This document shows positions 39,731 to 51,431 of a stretch of DNA of 64,000 bases, in pieces. The translations under genes and the position numbers were made by a program. This DNA comes from an uncultured Spirochaetota bacterium. Lineage in GTDB: Bacteria > Spirochaetota > UBA4802 > UBA5550. The notes below the pieces were generated by a model, which saw only the letters and a program-made list of their open reading frames with translations, did no database searches and had not been told where the DNA came from. The stretch lies in contig CAWHAA010000009.1 in NCBI GenBank assembly GCA_963827275.1, positions 104,923-168,922 on the forward strand, read 5' to 3'. The stretch's first letter is position 1, and every line of letters begins with the position of its first letter.

Positions 39731-40055
39731 GGTGTCCTCCCCGTGTTTGTTGTATGGCGCGCCCCGCAGCCGGCGCCTCTCTCCGCATGTCATGCGTATA
39801 TTCATACTATATAAAGACGGCCCCTTTTGTTCAACTAAAAATCCGGTGCGTGGTCTTTTTTGTGTTTCAAGCGTCCCGCCGTCCTGAAATAGCCCGAAAA
39901 AATACCGGTCCACCGACCCCCCGGGAAGTAATATTTTTGTTCCACTTCCGCGATAACCGGGGTCTAATAAAATAACGGATATTGGGGAAAGCGTCCGGAT
40001 TATATTTGACAGAAGTCAATAATGATATACAGATTAAAGCAGAGAGGAGTTGACA

Positions 40056-40433
40056 ATGAAAAGGGTGAAATTGACGGTATCGGCGGCACTTGTCGCGTGT
40101 CTGGTCATCGCCGGGCAGGCGTACGCGGGGCCCCTCGAGCATTTCGAGAGCGCCCTGGTCTTCCTCCAGAAGGCGCGTATCACCACGGCGGTGCAGGCCA
40201 GGAGCGATGACCTCAGGAAGGCGAAGGAGCAGCTCCTGCTGGCGAACTATGACAGGGGCGGGAACACGGTCGCGGCGCTGGGGTTCACCATGCAGGCAAT
40301 CGCGAGCGTCAGCGAATTCAGGACCGACCAGGCGAACCGGCAGATCGACATGGCCATCGTCAAGGTGAAGCACACGGTCCTTGCGCTGAAGCAGGAGGCC
40401 GCCGTGAAAAGCAAGAGCGGCTCGGCCAGGTGA
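40056..40433 (+). CDS. Secreted helical hypothetical protein
   Basis: GAGGAG SD; signal peptide ending AYA. Confidence 0.65.
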   Translation: MKRVKLTVSAALVACLVIAGQAYAGPLEHFESALVFLQKARITTAVQARSDDLRKAKEQLLLANYDRGGNTVAALGFTMQAIASVSEFRTDQANRQIDMAIVKVKHTVLALKQEAAVKSKSGSAR

Positions 40434-40449
40434 AGGGTGGTGACATGAC

Positions 40450-41172
40450 ATGAAAGCGGTCAAGATATTCATTGTTTTCACGGTAGTCGCGGTAACGGTG
40501 CTCCTGACGGCGAAGTACCTGAATTGCGGGTTCGTGAGGGATTACGCCGACGACAGGGACAGGAAGATACAGGAGATCAGGGACACGATCGCCGACCTCG
40601 AAAAGGACAGTATAAAAGACGAGAAGGCCCTGAACACCCTGGCCAGCCAGTACAGCCGCCTCGGCACGATCTATATAGAGAAGGGGCTCTGGGACCTGGC
40701 CATAGAGTACTATGAAAAGGCCATCAAGTACGGGAGGAACACCCCGGGCATCTACTATTCAGCGGGCCTGGCCTACGCGAACCGCGGCGCTGAAAAAAAC
40801 AGCGGCGACGACTTCGAGCGGGCCGAGTCCCTGTACCGGAAGGCGGTGTCGCTCCAGGAGAGCTACTACGACGCGCAGAACGCCCTGGCGATACTCCTCT
40901 TCTATCACAGGGACGGGCAGGCTGAAGCCACCGGGATAATGGAAAAGGTGGTCTCGCGCAACAAGAAGAACTACATCGCGCGGTTCACCCTGGGGCGCTT
41001 TTACTACGAGCTGGGGAAGCTGCCCCAGGCCCTCTCCATCTACGAGGACCTGAACACCGATTTCGACAGGCTGCCGCCTTCGGAGATCATAAATGATTAC
41101 AGGAAGAACGCGAGGGAAAACATACAGCGGATCATGTCAGAGATGAGGAAGGAGAAGGCGAAGGCCGAGTGA
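40450..41172 (+). CDS. TPR-repeat membrane-anchored protein
   Basis: N-terminal TM; LG.IY...G.W..A...Y.KA type repeats. Confidence 0.8.
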   Translation: MKAVKIFIVFTVVAVTVLLTAKYLNCGFVRDYADDRDRKIQEIRDTIADLEKDSIKDEKALNTLASQYSRLGTIYIEKGLWDLAIEYYEKAIKYGRNTPGIYYSAGLAYANRGAEKNSGDDFERAESLYRKAVSLQESYYDAQNALAILLFYHRDGQAEATGIMEKVVSRNKKNYIARFTLGRFYYELGKLPQALSIYEDLNTDFDRLPPSEIINDYRKNARENIQRIMSEMRKEKAKAE

Positions 41173-41178
41173 CCCGGC

Positions 41179-41964
41179 CTACCGCCATTCCTCGTCCGGA
41201 AGCGGCCGCGGGATCCTGCCGTCCTTCGATTTCTGCACAAAGTGCTCTTTCAGTATGACGATGTCGACCCGGCGGTTGTACGCCCTGCCCTGCGGGGTGG
41301 CGTTTACGTCGATGGGCCGGTATTCGCCGAAGGCCACGGATGAGAGCTGGGCGGGATTCACGTTCTCGTCATCCGCGAGGAAGTGGAGCACGTTCAGCGC
41401 CCGCGCGGAAGAGAGCTCCCAGTTCGTCCTGTAGAATTCCTTCGACTTCGGGACCGTCACCGGCGAGTTGTCGGTATGGCCCTCGATCCGTACGAAATTG
41501 TCCACGTTCTTCACTATCCTGGCGATCTTGCGCACCACCGGGCGCACCTCGCCCTTCAGCCGCGCCGATCCCGGATCGAAGAAGACGTCGCTGCTCAGGG
41601 TGATCACGAGCCCGCGCTCGTCCTCCATCACCCGCACCTCGCGCGCTTCGATCTCCGGCTTGAAGGCCTCGACCGCGCGCTTCAGCATCTGCGACATGTA
41701 CTGCTGCTTCTGGCTGCTCGGCAGGGCGGTGATATTGTGCCCGAGCTCCATCATGTTCCCCTTGGAGATCGACTTGCCGCCCGCCATGATGCCGATGCTC
41801 CCCTTGAACGAGGAAAGCACGTACAGGAACTCATGCCCCCGCACCACGGTCTCATCGCCCATGAGGACGATGAAGAAGCAGAGGAGGAGCATGTTCATGT
41901 CCCCCAGCGTCTGCATCCACGGAGGTGACGGCCTCGGTTTTGATTTTTCCCTTTTACGGGCCAT
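41179..41964 (-). CDS. motB: Flagellar stator MotB (OmpA domain)
   Basis: W..T.GDM..LLLCFF TM with conserved Asp; EGHTD, NWELS..RA and NRRV. Confidence 0.92.
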   Translation of the reverse strand: MARKREKSKPRPSPPWMQTLGDMNMLLLCFFIVLMGDETVVRGHEFLYVLSSFKGSIGIMAGGKSISKGNMMELGHNITALPSSQKQQYMSQMLKRAVEAFKPEIEAREVRVMEDERGLVITLSSDVFFDPGSARLKGEVRPVVRKIARIVKNVDNFVRIEGHTDNSPVTVPKSKEFYRTNWELSSARALNVLHFLADDENVNPAQLSSVAFGEYRPIDVNATPQGRAYNRRVDIVILKEHFVQKSKDGRIPRPLPDEEWR

Positions 41965-41967
41965 GGG

Positions 41968-42747
41968 CTAGTCGCTCACTTCCTCGCTGATCGCTTCCCG
42001 CATGTTCGGGGCAAGGAAGGATATCAGCTTGTCCTTGACGATGCGCGGGTTGTCCCCGGACTGTATGGAGAGGACGCCCATGAGGATGATAGACCGCATG
42101 AGCACCTCGTTGTTGGTCATGATGTCGAGGCGCGACGCCATCGGCTGGAACACCAGGTAACACATGATGGCGCCGTACATGGTGGTGATGATGGCCACGG
42201 CCAGGTAGGGGCCGATTGAGGCGCGGTCGCTCAGGTTGACCAGCATCATGACCAGGCCCATCAGGGTGCCGATCATACCGAAGGCGGGCGCGAAGCCGGC
42301 CCAGTCGTCGAACATGCGCTTGTTGTCGTCATGGCGCATCACCATCTGGTCGATCTCGGTCTCCATGATGTTTTTCACGAGCTCGGGGTCGGTGCCGTCC
42401 ACGACGAGCTGGAGCCCTTTCTTCATGTAGGGGTCGTCCAGCTCCTCCAGGTCGTCTTCAAGCGCCAGGAGGCCCTCGCGGCGGGCCTTTTCGGAAAAGG
42501 ACACGATCGTCACGATCAGTTCGCTCAGGTTATAGTTGGGGGGAAACAGGGCCACCCTGAACAGGGTCGGGATGTTCAAGAGCTGGGGCAAGGTGTAGCC
42601 GACCATCATGGCCGCGGCGCTGCCCCCGACGGTAATCATAACCGATGGGAGGTCATAGAATAGAAGGACGCTGCTTTTTGCGAATATAACACCGAGGATG
42701 AGGAATGTTAAACCCGCCACCATCCCGATAATCATCGTTATCTGCAT
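41968..42747 (-). CDS. motA: Flagellar stator MotA
   Basis: ARREGLLALE, VDG, APAFGMIGT.MGL, TT.YG and IQSG.NP. Confidence 0.93.
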   Translation of the reverse strand: MQITMIIGMVAGLTFLILGVIFAKSSVLLFYDLPSVMITVGGSAAAMMVGYTLPQLLNIPTLFRVALFPPNYNLSELIVTIVSFSEKARREGLLALEDDLEELDDPYMKKGLQLVVDGTDPELVKNIMETEIDQMVMRHDDNKRMFDDWAGFAPAFGMIGTLMGLVMMLVNLSDRASIGPYLAVAIITTMYGAIMCYLVFQPMASRLDIMTNNEVLMRSIILMGVLSIQSGDNPRIVKDKLISFLAPNMREAISEEVSD

Positions 42748-43002
42748 ATGATACCCCTGATACGAATGTCTATTTTACTATTTCGGTATTTTTTATTCAT
42801 TTAACGAATAATTTTTCCTGATACCGAAAACTGGACGAATTTATCCGTCAGATGAGCCGGCTCCCGCAACAATTTCCCAGATTGTAGTATTTGGCGGGAA
42901 AATGTCAACAAATTCCCCTTTTTTGCACGATACCCGGCGCGCGCGGCTGTTTTCGCGGCCCGGGGATCGCATTCCGCTGGCGTGAGTGAGGAGCGTCGCG
43001 GC

Positions 43003-43887
43003 TCATCTGCCCTGATGCCGCTGTTCATCACCCACGATCAGCTGCAGCTTTGTAATCACCGTGTGCCTGACGGGATCGTCGGTGGACTGCTTCACGATGG
43101 TCATCGATTCCTCGACGCCCTTGATCAGGTGATCGATGCTGTCCGGTATGGAAAGATAGGTGATGGCGGCGGTGGTGACCGTTATGGGCCACTTTTTGCC
43201 CGCCAGGACGCCGGTGACCGCCGACTGGAGCCTGCGGATGACGGTGGTGGACTGGCTGTAGTCCCCGCCGGGGAGCAGGATGGCGAACTCGTCGCCGCCG
43301 ATCCTGGCCACGATGTCGGTGATACGAAGCGAGTCCTTCAGTGTCGCCGCGACCGACTGGAGCGCGCGGTCCCCGACCCTGTGGCCGAGCGCGTCGTTGA
43401 GCGATTCCAGGTCATCGATGTCCATGTACACGATGGTGAGGGGGACGCGGGCCCGGCGGCACCGCTCCATCTCCAGGACGCCGTCCTCGTAGAAGGACCG
43501 GATGTTGTCGATGCCGGTCAGGTAGTCCTTTCGTATGAGGTCCCGCTCGGCTTCAATGTGCCGCCGGGTGTAGAAGACCAGGCGCGCCACCGCAACGCAG
43601 ACGATCAGGATGGTGAGGACGTCCCACGCGAGTGAAAGCGGGGCATCCGTGCCCGCCGCGGCCCGTACAGCGAGCTCAACAGCGGCGGCGACGGCGCCCG
43701 TGGCCGTCCCCCATTTTTTCCCGATGGACCAGGAGGCGGCGGCGGTGACCGTGACATAGAACAGGAGCATGGAGACGCCGGGCGCGGCAAAATACTCAAA
43801 TACGCCGATGCCGGCCAGTATGACGACATGCACGGGAAAGAGGATGGGAGCACGGCTCGTGGTTTCTTTGTGTATGGATCGTCTCAT
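43003..43887 (-). CDS. Membrane-bound diguanylate cyclase
   Basis: N-terminal TMs; DYLTG, DID...LND..GH..GD and RIGGDEF. Confidence 0.85.
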   Translation of the reverse strand: MRRSIHKETTSRAPILFPVHVVILAGIGVFEYFAAPGVSMLLFYVTVTAAASWSIGKKWGTATGAVAAAVELAVRAAAGTDAPLSLAWDVLTILIVCVAVARLVFYTRRHIEAERDLIRKDYLTGIDNIRSFYEDGVLEMERCRRARVPLTIVYMDIDDLESLNDALGHRVGDRALQSVAATLKDSLRITDIVARIGGDEFAILLPGGDYSQSTTVIRRLQSAVTGVLAGKKWPITVTTAAITYLSIPDSIDHLIKGVEESMTIVKQSTDDPVRHTVITKLQLIVGDEQRHQGR

Positions 43888-44109
43888 TGTTTTATCGCTG
43901 CCGGCGATACGGATTGTCCTCTATTGTATTCAATACAGGAAATGTTTCAATAACAAAAATACCTTTGTTATGAAATTATTCACGGGTGGTGCGCCGCGCC
44001 GGTGCTCCGGTATATGCACCGGCAGGCCCGCAATCCGGAGGTTTGTAAATCCCTTGACAGTCTGAGCGGGATGCATATAAATCCCATGAATACCGCAAAT
44101 GAGCTCTAA

Positions 44110-44496
44110 ATGCTGAAATTCAAATCCGTATATGATCCGATTGCGCCTTCGGACGGCCTGCGCATACTGGCGACGCGCTTCCGCGGGCACGGGATGAAGG
44201 CCGACCGCTACGACATCTGGATGCCCAGCCTGGGGCCGTCGGAGGAGCTTTTAAGAAACATGCTCGGCGGGACGATCGCCTGGAAGGATTTCGCGAAAGC
44301 GTACAGGGAAGAGGTGCTGGCGTCCGAGGCCATTGACAAAAAGAACAGGACCATACTGAACCACGGGCAGAAGTTTACGCTGCGGCTCGTTAAAAAACTC
44401 GCGGAGAAGCGGAACGTGACCATCATGTGCCACTGCGCGACCGGCGAGGAACATTGCCACCTGCGGGTGATGGAAAAGATCATCAGGGGGATATGA
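44110..44496 (+). CDS. DUF488/YeaO-family protein
   Basis: K.VYD....DG.RIL..R, W...LGPS and C...HCH motifs. Confidence 0.75.
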   Translation: MLKFKSVYDPIAPSDGLRILATRFRGHGMKADRYDIWMPSLGPSEELLRNMLGGTIAWKDFAKAYREEVLASEAIDKKNRTILNHGQKFTLRLVKKLAEKRNVTIMCHCATGEEHCHLRVMEKIIRGI

Positions 44497-44705
44497 ACGC
44501 GGGGAGCGGGTTCGCGGCGCGCCTCCCCATCAAGTCATATCCAATGTATCCATGCGCCGGCAGATCGAACAACGCATGATATGCGCTGCCGCATGAAATC
44601 CACATGCGGATGACGGGGAGAAGGGACCGGCCTCCGGGCGGGGGAGGCCGGCGCCGTCCTCCACCCGGGGTCCTCAAGCAATCGATACGCGATAGTGTCC
44701 CCGGA

Positions 44706-47631
44706 CTACCAGCATACAAGAAAGCACGTTGACTGGACCTTTGACTCCACCGAATAGCCGTAGGAGTTTTCCGCCACGACGATTATCTTGTAGGATACCC
44801 CGCCGGCCAGGCTGTTGAATTGATAGCTGCCCGTGGATACGTCCTTCGGGCCCTGCAGGGCGTTGTACACGTTCCCTCCTGACGCGTAGATGACGCCGTT
44901 GAGGCCGATATACGCCCGCACCGTCGGCGCGGGGTTGCCGGCCGTGGAGAAGGTCGGCCGCGCGACTGTTATCGAATTGGTATCGTAATCGGATATGGAC
45001 AGGCCGTTTAATACCGGCGCCACGCCCGTGGTGCTCTGGACTATCTGCTGTACCGAATACCCGGCGCCGTTTTCCGCCACGACGATTATCTTGTACGCCG
45101 TATTGGTACTCAACCCGCTGAACTGGTACCCGCCCGTGGAGACGTCCCTCGGGCCCTGCGTGTACCCGTACACTATGCCGGACAACACCCCGATGATGCC
45201 GTCGATGCCGATGTACGCCCGCACCGTCGGCGCGGGGTTGCCGGCCGTGGATAATGTCGGCCGCGCGATGGTTATCGAGCCTGAGTCAAATGCCGATACC
45301 GACAGGCTGTTCAGCACCGGGGCTATGCCCGCCGTGCCCTGGATGATCTGCTGCGTCGAATACCCGGCGCTGTTCTGCGCCACGACGATTATTTTGTACG
45401 TGGTGCCGGTGCCCAGGCCGCTGAACTGGTATCCGCCCGCGGACACGTCGACCGGGCCCTGGAGCGCGCCGCTCACCGCCGCGCCGGTAAGCGTGATGGT
45501 GCCATTGAGCCCGATGTACGCCTGTACCGTCGGCGTCGGGTTGCCTGCCGTGGAGAAGGTCGGCTGCGCGACGGTTATCGAACCCGTATCGAAGCTGGAT
45601 ACGGAGAGGCTGTTCAACACCGGCGCCGCCGGCGCGTGCGCCGTGCCCTGGTTTATCAGCTGCACGGAATAGCCGATGCTGTTTTTCGCGACAACGATGA
45701 TCGTGTATGATGTCGCGTCGTTCAGGCCGCTGAACTGGTATCCGCCGGCGGATACGTCTGCCGGTTCCTGCAGGTAGCCGTACACCGTTCCGCTTAACAC
45801 CGTGATGAGGCCGTTGTACCCTATGAAGGCCCGCACCGTCGGCGCCGGGTTGCCGGCGGTGGAGAAGGTCGGCTGCGCGATGGTTATCGAATCGTCGTCA
45901 AAGCCGGAGATGGACAGGCTGTTCATTACCGGCGCCATGCCCGTGGTGCCCTGGATGATCTGCTGCACTGAATACCCGGCGTTGTTCTGCGCCACGATGA
46001 TTATTTTATACGTCGTATCGGCGCGCCAGGCCGCTGAACTGGTAGCCGCCCGAGGAGACGTCGACCGGGCCCTGGAGCGCGCCGCTCACCGCCGCGCCTG
46101 ACGCCACGATGGTGTCATTGAGCCCGATGTAGGCCTGTACCGACGGCGCCGGGTTGCCGGCGGTGGAGAAGGCCGGCTGCGCGACGCTTATCGAACCCGT
46201 ATCGAAACCGGAGATGGAGAGGCTGTTCAACACCGGCGCCATGCCCGCCGTGCCCTGGACTATCTGCTGCACGGAATAGCCGGAGCTGTTTATCGCCGTG
46301 ACGATTATTTTATACGCCGTATTGGTGCTCAACCCGCTGAACTGAAACCCGCCCTGGGACACGTCTATCGGACCCTGGATCGCGCCGCTCACGGCCGAGC
46401 CGGAAACCGAGATGATGTCATTGAGCCCGATGTACGCCTGTACCGCCGGCGTCGGGGTGCCGGCCGTGGAGAAGGCCGGCTGCGCGAGCGTTATCGAGCC
46501 GGTATCAAAGGCGGATACGGACAGGCTGCTCAGCACCGGCGCTGCCGGCGCGCCCTCCGTGCTCTGGGCTATCTGGCGCGTTGAATACCCGATGCTGTTT
46601 TTCGCGACGACAACGACCATGTACGATGTCCCCACGTCCAGGCCGCTGAACTGGTAGCCGCCCGTGGACACGTCGATCGGGCCCTGGAGCGCGCCGTTCA
46701 CCGTCTGGCCGAACACCGACATGGAGCCGTTACGCCCGATGTACGCCTCTACCGTCGGCGCGGGGTTGCCGGCGGTGGAGAAGGTCGGCTGCGCGATGCT
46801 TATCGAACCCGTATCGAAGCCGGTTACGGAGAGGCTGTTTAAGAGCGGCGCTATGCCCGCCGTGCCCTGGATGATCTGCTGCACCGAATACCCGGCGTTA
46901 TTTTCCGCCACGACAATTATCTTGTAGGTGTTATTGGGCGTCAGGCCCCAGAAAGAGCCGTCGTACGCGGACACGTCCAGCGGGCCCTGGAGCGCGCCGC
47001 TCACCGTTGAACCCGACACCGAGATGGTGTCGCTGAGCCCGATGTACGCCTGTACCGCGGGCGCCGGCTTGCCGGCCGTGGAGAAGGTCGGCTGCGCGAC
47101 GGTTATCGAATACGCGTCGGAATATGATATCGACAGGCTGTTCATTACCGGCGCTATCTCGCTCGTGCGCTGCATGATCTGCCGTATCGAGTACCCGGCG
47201 GTGTTATGCGCCTCGACGAGTATCGTGTAGGTCGTTCCCTCGGTGAGCCCCTTGAATTCACATCCGGACATGGATACGTCGACCGGGCCCTGCAGGGTGT
47301 CGTAGATAAACGAGCCGATGACCCACACGGAATTGCTGAGCCCGATATACGCGTGCAGCGTGGGCTCGGGATCGCCGGCGGTCGAGAGGGTCGGCCGCGC
47401 GATCGTGATTGAATTCGATCCTGAACCCGTGATCACCAGGTTGTTCAGGACGGGCGCGGTGCCGGCGCCGAAAATGACCTCGACGAGGCGATCAACATAC
47501 GACATGAGCAATAATGTCGACATCGTGGAACCGGAATCTTCCTGAGGCTTGGTCGTGTTAGGGTTGTTGCATGCAAGCGAGAATGCCAGCATGACAGCGG
47601 CAATAATAAAAAGAGTGCGTTGTCTTTTCAT
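44706..47631 (-). CDS. Large surface lipoprotein with nine ~100-aa Ig/FN3-like repeats; one frameshift near 46020
   Basis: Lipobox SLAC; repeat APVLNSLS...I..AQPTFSTAGNPAP.V.AYIG...QGP.DVS.GGYQFSGL...Y.IIVVA.N..GYS. ORFs 46006-47631 and 44706-45995 join within repeat 5. Confidence 0.8.
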
Positions 47632-47950
47632 GGTGTGTGCTCCAGGGCTGTAATGAATTGCAATGCGAACGTATGGCGCAATATCAGATATTAAAATTTA
47701 AAATAGAGGCGCCATGGTAGCACACTATGCGTTGTATATCTTGCACCAATGTGATATATCAGGAAATGGCCGGTATTAATGTTGTTTCAGGGATTGGAAC
47801 AGGCCGCCGGGGAGAGAGAACTATACATTCGAAGATATTCTATATATTTTATATTTACCTGTCAGCGCGCCTGCCAATTCCCTGCATGGCCGCGCCCGGC
47901 CGCAGGCTTCACGGGGTGCCGTCGTGGAACGGTCACCGGTGTATGGTATA

Positions 47951-49117
47951 TCAGTACCAGAGCACGCGGTTGTTCCCGGCGTCAACGATATAGAGCCCGC
48001 TTGAATCGACCGCCAGCCCCATCGGTCCGCTGAGGCTTGTGGCGCTCGGAAACAGCGGCGTGCCGTTGTTGAGGTAATTCGTGGTAAAATCGCCGGATTG
48101 ACCGTACACGCGCGCTGCAGTCGTGCCGGCGCCCGGATAGAAGAGCACGCGGTTGTTGGCGAAATCGGAGATATAGAGGCCGTTTGCGGCAAGCGCCAGC
48201 CCGCTGGGCCGGTTCAGGCTGTCCGCGCTGATCCCGCCGTTGTTGGGTGTGCTCGCCAGGAAGCTGCCGAACTGGCCGTACACGCGCGACGCGGTCGTGC
48301 CGGCGCCGGAATAGAAGAGCACGCGATGGTTTCCGTAATCCGAGATGTAAATGCCGTCCGCGGCAACGGCGATTGAGTTGGGATGGCTCAGGCTGTCGGC
48401 GCTGACCCCGCCGTTGTTCTCGCCGTTCGTGGTGTAGCCGCCTGCCTGTCCGTACACGCGCGAGGCGGTCGTGCTCGTGCCGGCATAGTACAACACGCGG
48501 TTGTTGTCCGCGTCGGCGATATAGACGCCGCCCGCGTCAACAGCGACGCCGACGGGCCCGCTCAGGCTGGCAGCGCCGAGACCGCCGTTGTTCTCGTCGT
48601 TCGTGGTGAAGCCGCCTGCCTGTCCGTACACGCGCGAGGCGGTCGTGCTCGTGCCGGCATAATACAGGACGCGGTTGTTGTCCGCGTCAGCGATATAGAC
48701 GCCGCCCGCGCTGACAGCGACCCCGGCAGGCGAATTCAGGCTGTTCGCGCTGATGCCGCCGTTATTGGCCAGCATTGAAGTGAAGCTGCCAGACTGCCCG
48801 TACACGCGCGACGCGGACGTGCTGCCGCCCTCGTAAAACAGGACGCGGTTGTTGGACCTGTCAACGATATACACCCCGTCAGCGCTGACCGCCGTGTCAC
48901 AGGGCAGGAACAGGCTGTTTGTTCCCGGGAGGAGATTGCCGTTGTTTATGTAATTCGTGGCGAAGCTGCCCATCTGTCCGTACACGCGGCGGGCGGTCGT
49001 GGACGGGAAGAGGGACGGGGCTACCGGGACGATCTGCCGGTCGATTACATCCGTATAGATATCGCCGCATCCCAGCGCGGCAAAGGCCAGCAGTATGATT
49101 CTGATTGCCTGTTTCAT
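47951..49117 (-). CDS. NHL-repeat (beta-propeller) lipoprotein
   Basis: Lipobox ALGC; repeated P.G.AV...G.YIAD..NNRVL.Y....A.RVYGQ. Confidence 0.88.
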   Translation of the reverse strand: MKQAIRIILLAFAALGCGDIYTDVIDRQIVPVAPSLFPSTTARRVYGQMGSFATNYINNGNLLPGTNSLFLPCDTAVSADGVYIVDRSNNRVLFYEGGSTSASRVYGQSGSFTSMLANNGGISANSLNSPAGVAVSAGGVYIADADNNRVLYYAGTSTTASRVYGQAGGFTTNDENNGGLGAASLSGPVGVAVDAGGVYIADADNNRVLYYAGTSTTASRVYGQAGGYTTNGENNGGVSADSLSHPNSIAVAADGIYISDYGNHRVLFYSGAGTTASRVYGQFGSFLASTPNNGGISADSLNRPSGLALAANGLYISDFANNRVLFYPGAGTTAARVYGQSGDFTTNYLNNGTPLFPSATSLSGPMGLAVDSSGLYIVDAGNNRVLWY

Positions 49118-49146
49118 GAGATATGCCCTGTAAAAACGGTCTCCTG

Positions 49147-50136
49147 TCACAATCTGACGCCAGCGGCGAAGTATATCGAGATGAGGCTCATCACCCCCGT
49201 TGTTTCCGCGATCCCGGCATAGTCCGCTTCCATGCCCGCGAACACGAGGCTGTTGATGCGATAGGAAACGCCGGCCCCGAACGCGAACATGAACTCGACG
49301 CCGCGTTCTGTCGTATAGCGGGGCTTGAAGTAGAGCGCTGCCGGCCCGGCCCTTTTCACCGCATGGTAGCTCCCTCCCAGACGGACCCTCGGCTCAATCA
49401 CGAAATTGTCCCGCACCGTAAATCGATAGGTCATGCCTGCCATGAACGGAACGATGTCCGCGTACCGCGATTTGTTCGTGCTCCCGTGCAGCCAGGCGTA
49501 TCCGGACTCGATGCCCAGGCCGATGCCGGGGTAAAAACAATTGTCAATAGAGACGCGGACAGTGACGCCCGCGCCGCAATCGTAGATGCGCGCTAATTTA
49601 CCCACCGGGATGAGGACGCCCGCGCCTGCTGTAATGACCAGGTATCGCGTGAGCCCGGTGTGGGGCAGGAAGCCGTTGCCGCGGAGCGGTATGCCGTATG
49701 CCCCCTCGTGCGGGACTCTTCCCCCTGGACCGGCGGATTTTTCCCGTGCGATGTATGACACGTCGGTACGCCTGATCGTGAACTCTTTGGGCTTTCTGAT
49801 GTCCGCGCGTACCGTGTAATTTTCCTGGTCTTCCTCCACTACGTGGCCCTCGAGAATCGTGCCGTCGGTCTTATAAATATACACCCTGCCGAGGTATAAT
49901 TTTGTATAGAGAACGCGCATGATGTTTTTTCTGAAGAAAATTTTTTCCCCGCCGCCTTCCAGGCGCACGGTGTATGCTTCGGGGGTCTCGTCCACTATTT
50001 TGCATTTGACGATTGAGCCGTCTTTGAGGAAGACATGCTCGGCGGATAATTGCCCGCACGGGGCCAGCACAATAAACAGAGCCACTAGTAAAGCATAGCG
50101 AGGCATCGCACCCTTCACAATTTCCATAACTGGCAA
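49147..50136 (-). CDS. Outer-membrane protein: duplicated LA_0442-like N-terminal domain plus beta-barrel (start may be 50106)
   Basis: E.VFLKDGSI..CKI..E repeated twice; C-terminal barrel strands ending GVRL. Confidence 0.6.
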   Translation of the reverse strand: MPVMEIVKGAMPRYALLVALFIVLAPCGQLSAEHVFLKDGSIVKCKIVDETPEAYTVRLEGGGEKIFFRKNIMRVLYTKLYLGRVYIYKTDGTILEGHVVEEDQENYTVRADIRKPKEFTIRRTDVSYIAREKSAGPGGRVPHEGAYGIPLRGNGFLPHTGLTRYLVITAGAGVLIPVGKLARIYDCGAGVTVRVSIDNCFYPGIGLGIESGYAWLHGSTNKSRYADIVPFMAGMTYRFTVRDNFVIEPRVRLGGSYHAVKRAGPAALYFKPRYTTERGVEFMFAFGAGVSYRINSLVFAGMEADYAGIAETTGVMSLISIYFAAGVRL

Positions 50137-50156
50137 TAATCAGCTGTAATAATTTG

Positions 50157-51431
50157 TCACTTTGAAGAATTTCGAACGTATCGCGCCCGTGTGGCGCGGA
50201 TCTGTCGTTCAGGGACACTTATTGTACCCTTCGGGGTTAGTATACTATAATTTTTTCCCCTGTGGAGAATAATGCCCTCTATCACCTTGCCGTTATACAG
50301 GCTCACGGTATGGATGTGGCCGTACCGCGCCTTCATCTGTTCCAGCGTCGTCCCGGGCTTTGTCATGGCGCCCATGTGAGGCTCAAGGAGGTCAAGCAGT
50401 TCCGCTTCGCTTCTGGTTCCTATGCCTTGTACGATGGGAATTTTTGAGACAGCGCCAAGCGCGCGGGTTTCCGCGTCGCTTATCTTTCTTCTCTTTTCAC
50501 TGCCGGTAAAGACCGCAGTCGTGCCGGCGCGCACCAGGGTCTCTTTTCCTTCCCCGGCCGCCGTGGCGCCGACAGCGCCCCTGCGCACCGCCAGGACCGC
50601 GCTCCCCGGCGTATACCTCACGCTGAACTCGGTGCCCTTCACCGCGGCTACAATGGTGGGCGTCGCGATCGTATATGAGGCGTCCCCGGCAAGCTTTTCC
50701 ACCTTCGAAAGGATTGTTCCCCTGCCGATGAAAAGCTCGCGTTTTGTCCTGTCCAGGACCGACGTCATGGTGACCGCGGAATTCTCGGCGATCTTGATGA
50801 CGATCGTTTCATCGACCTGCACCGTGACAAGCGAATTCGCCCCTGTTGTAATGGTGTCCGCGTCATTGAGCGCGAGTTTGACGGCGGGGGCGGCAGGCTT
50901 CCCGTTGTGGACCACTGTGATGCTGCCCGCGAAGAACGTTATGTACGCGGCGCCGGGGTGCGGTTTGAGCGCCTGGTAGAGGAGGCCGGAAAGGACGATG
51001 GCGGCGGCAGCCGCTGCGGCGAGCGGGAAGAGCATGCGCCTGCCTGGCGCGGGCTTCCGCCCTGCTGTCAGGGCCCGCGCTTCGTCAAAGGCCCGGGCGA
51101 TCACGTCCGACGGGGGCCGTGATTTTTCTGCCGCCCTGTCCGGCAGGAGAAGCGCGGTCAGTTCGGCCGCCCTGGCGCGGCACGTCGCGCATTCGGCCAT
51201 ATGGCGGAGGGCGCGATCATATCCCCGGGAGTCTTTTTTCAGCTCGATAAAGGCGGCCATCTCATTGTCCGTGAGACAGCGTGCGGTGCGGCCCCGGACC
51301 GCGTCCGCCGCCCTGGCCTGGTCCGCGCGCCGGGCGAGGGCCCTGACCGCGATCCGGTCAACCGGTCCGCCGGCCCCGGCCGGTTTCCGTTTTCTGTCGA
51401 GGAGCGCGTTAATATAGCTGTCAATTCCCAT
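50157..51431 (-). CDS. FecR-domain anti-sigma factor with zinc-finger (HxxxCxxC) N-terminus
   Basis: HMAECATC, one TM segment, FecR motifs I.TG..S, TPT.VAAVKGTEF and V..G.V. Confidence 0.82.
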   Translation of the reverse strand: MGIDSYINALLDRKRKPAGAGGPVDRIAVRALARRADQARAADAVRGRTARCLTDNEMAAFIELKKDSRGYDRALRHMAECATCRARAAELTALLLPDRAAEKSRPPSDVIARAFDEARALTAGRKPAPGRRMLFPLAAAAAAAIVLSGLLYQALKPHPGAAYITFFAGSITVVHNGKPAAPAVKLALNDADTITTGANSLVTVQVDETIVIKIAENSAVTMTSVLDRTKRELFIGRGTILSKVEKLAGDASYTIATPTIVAAVKGTEFSVRYTPGSAVLAVRRGAVGATAAGEGKETLVRAGTTAVFTGSEKRRKISDAETRALGAVSKIPIVQGIGTRSEAELLDLLEPHMGAMTKPGTTLEQMKARYGHIHTVSLYNGKVIEGIILHRGKNYSILTPKGTISVPERQIRATRARYVRNSSK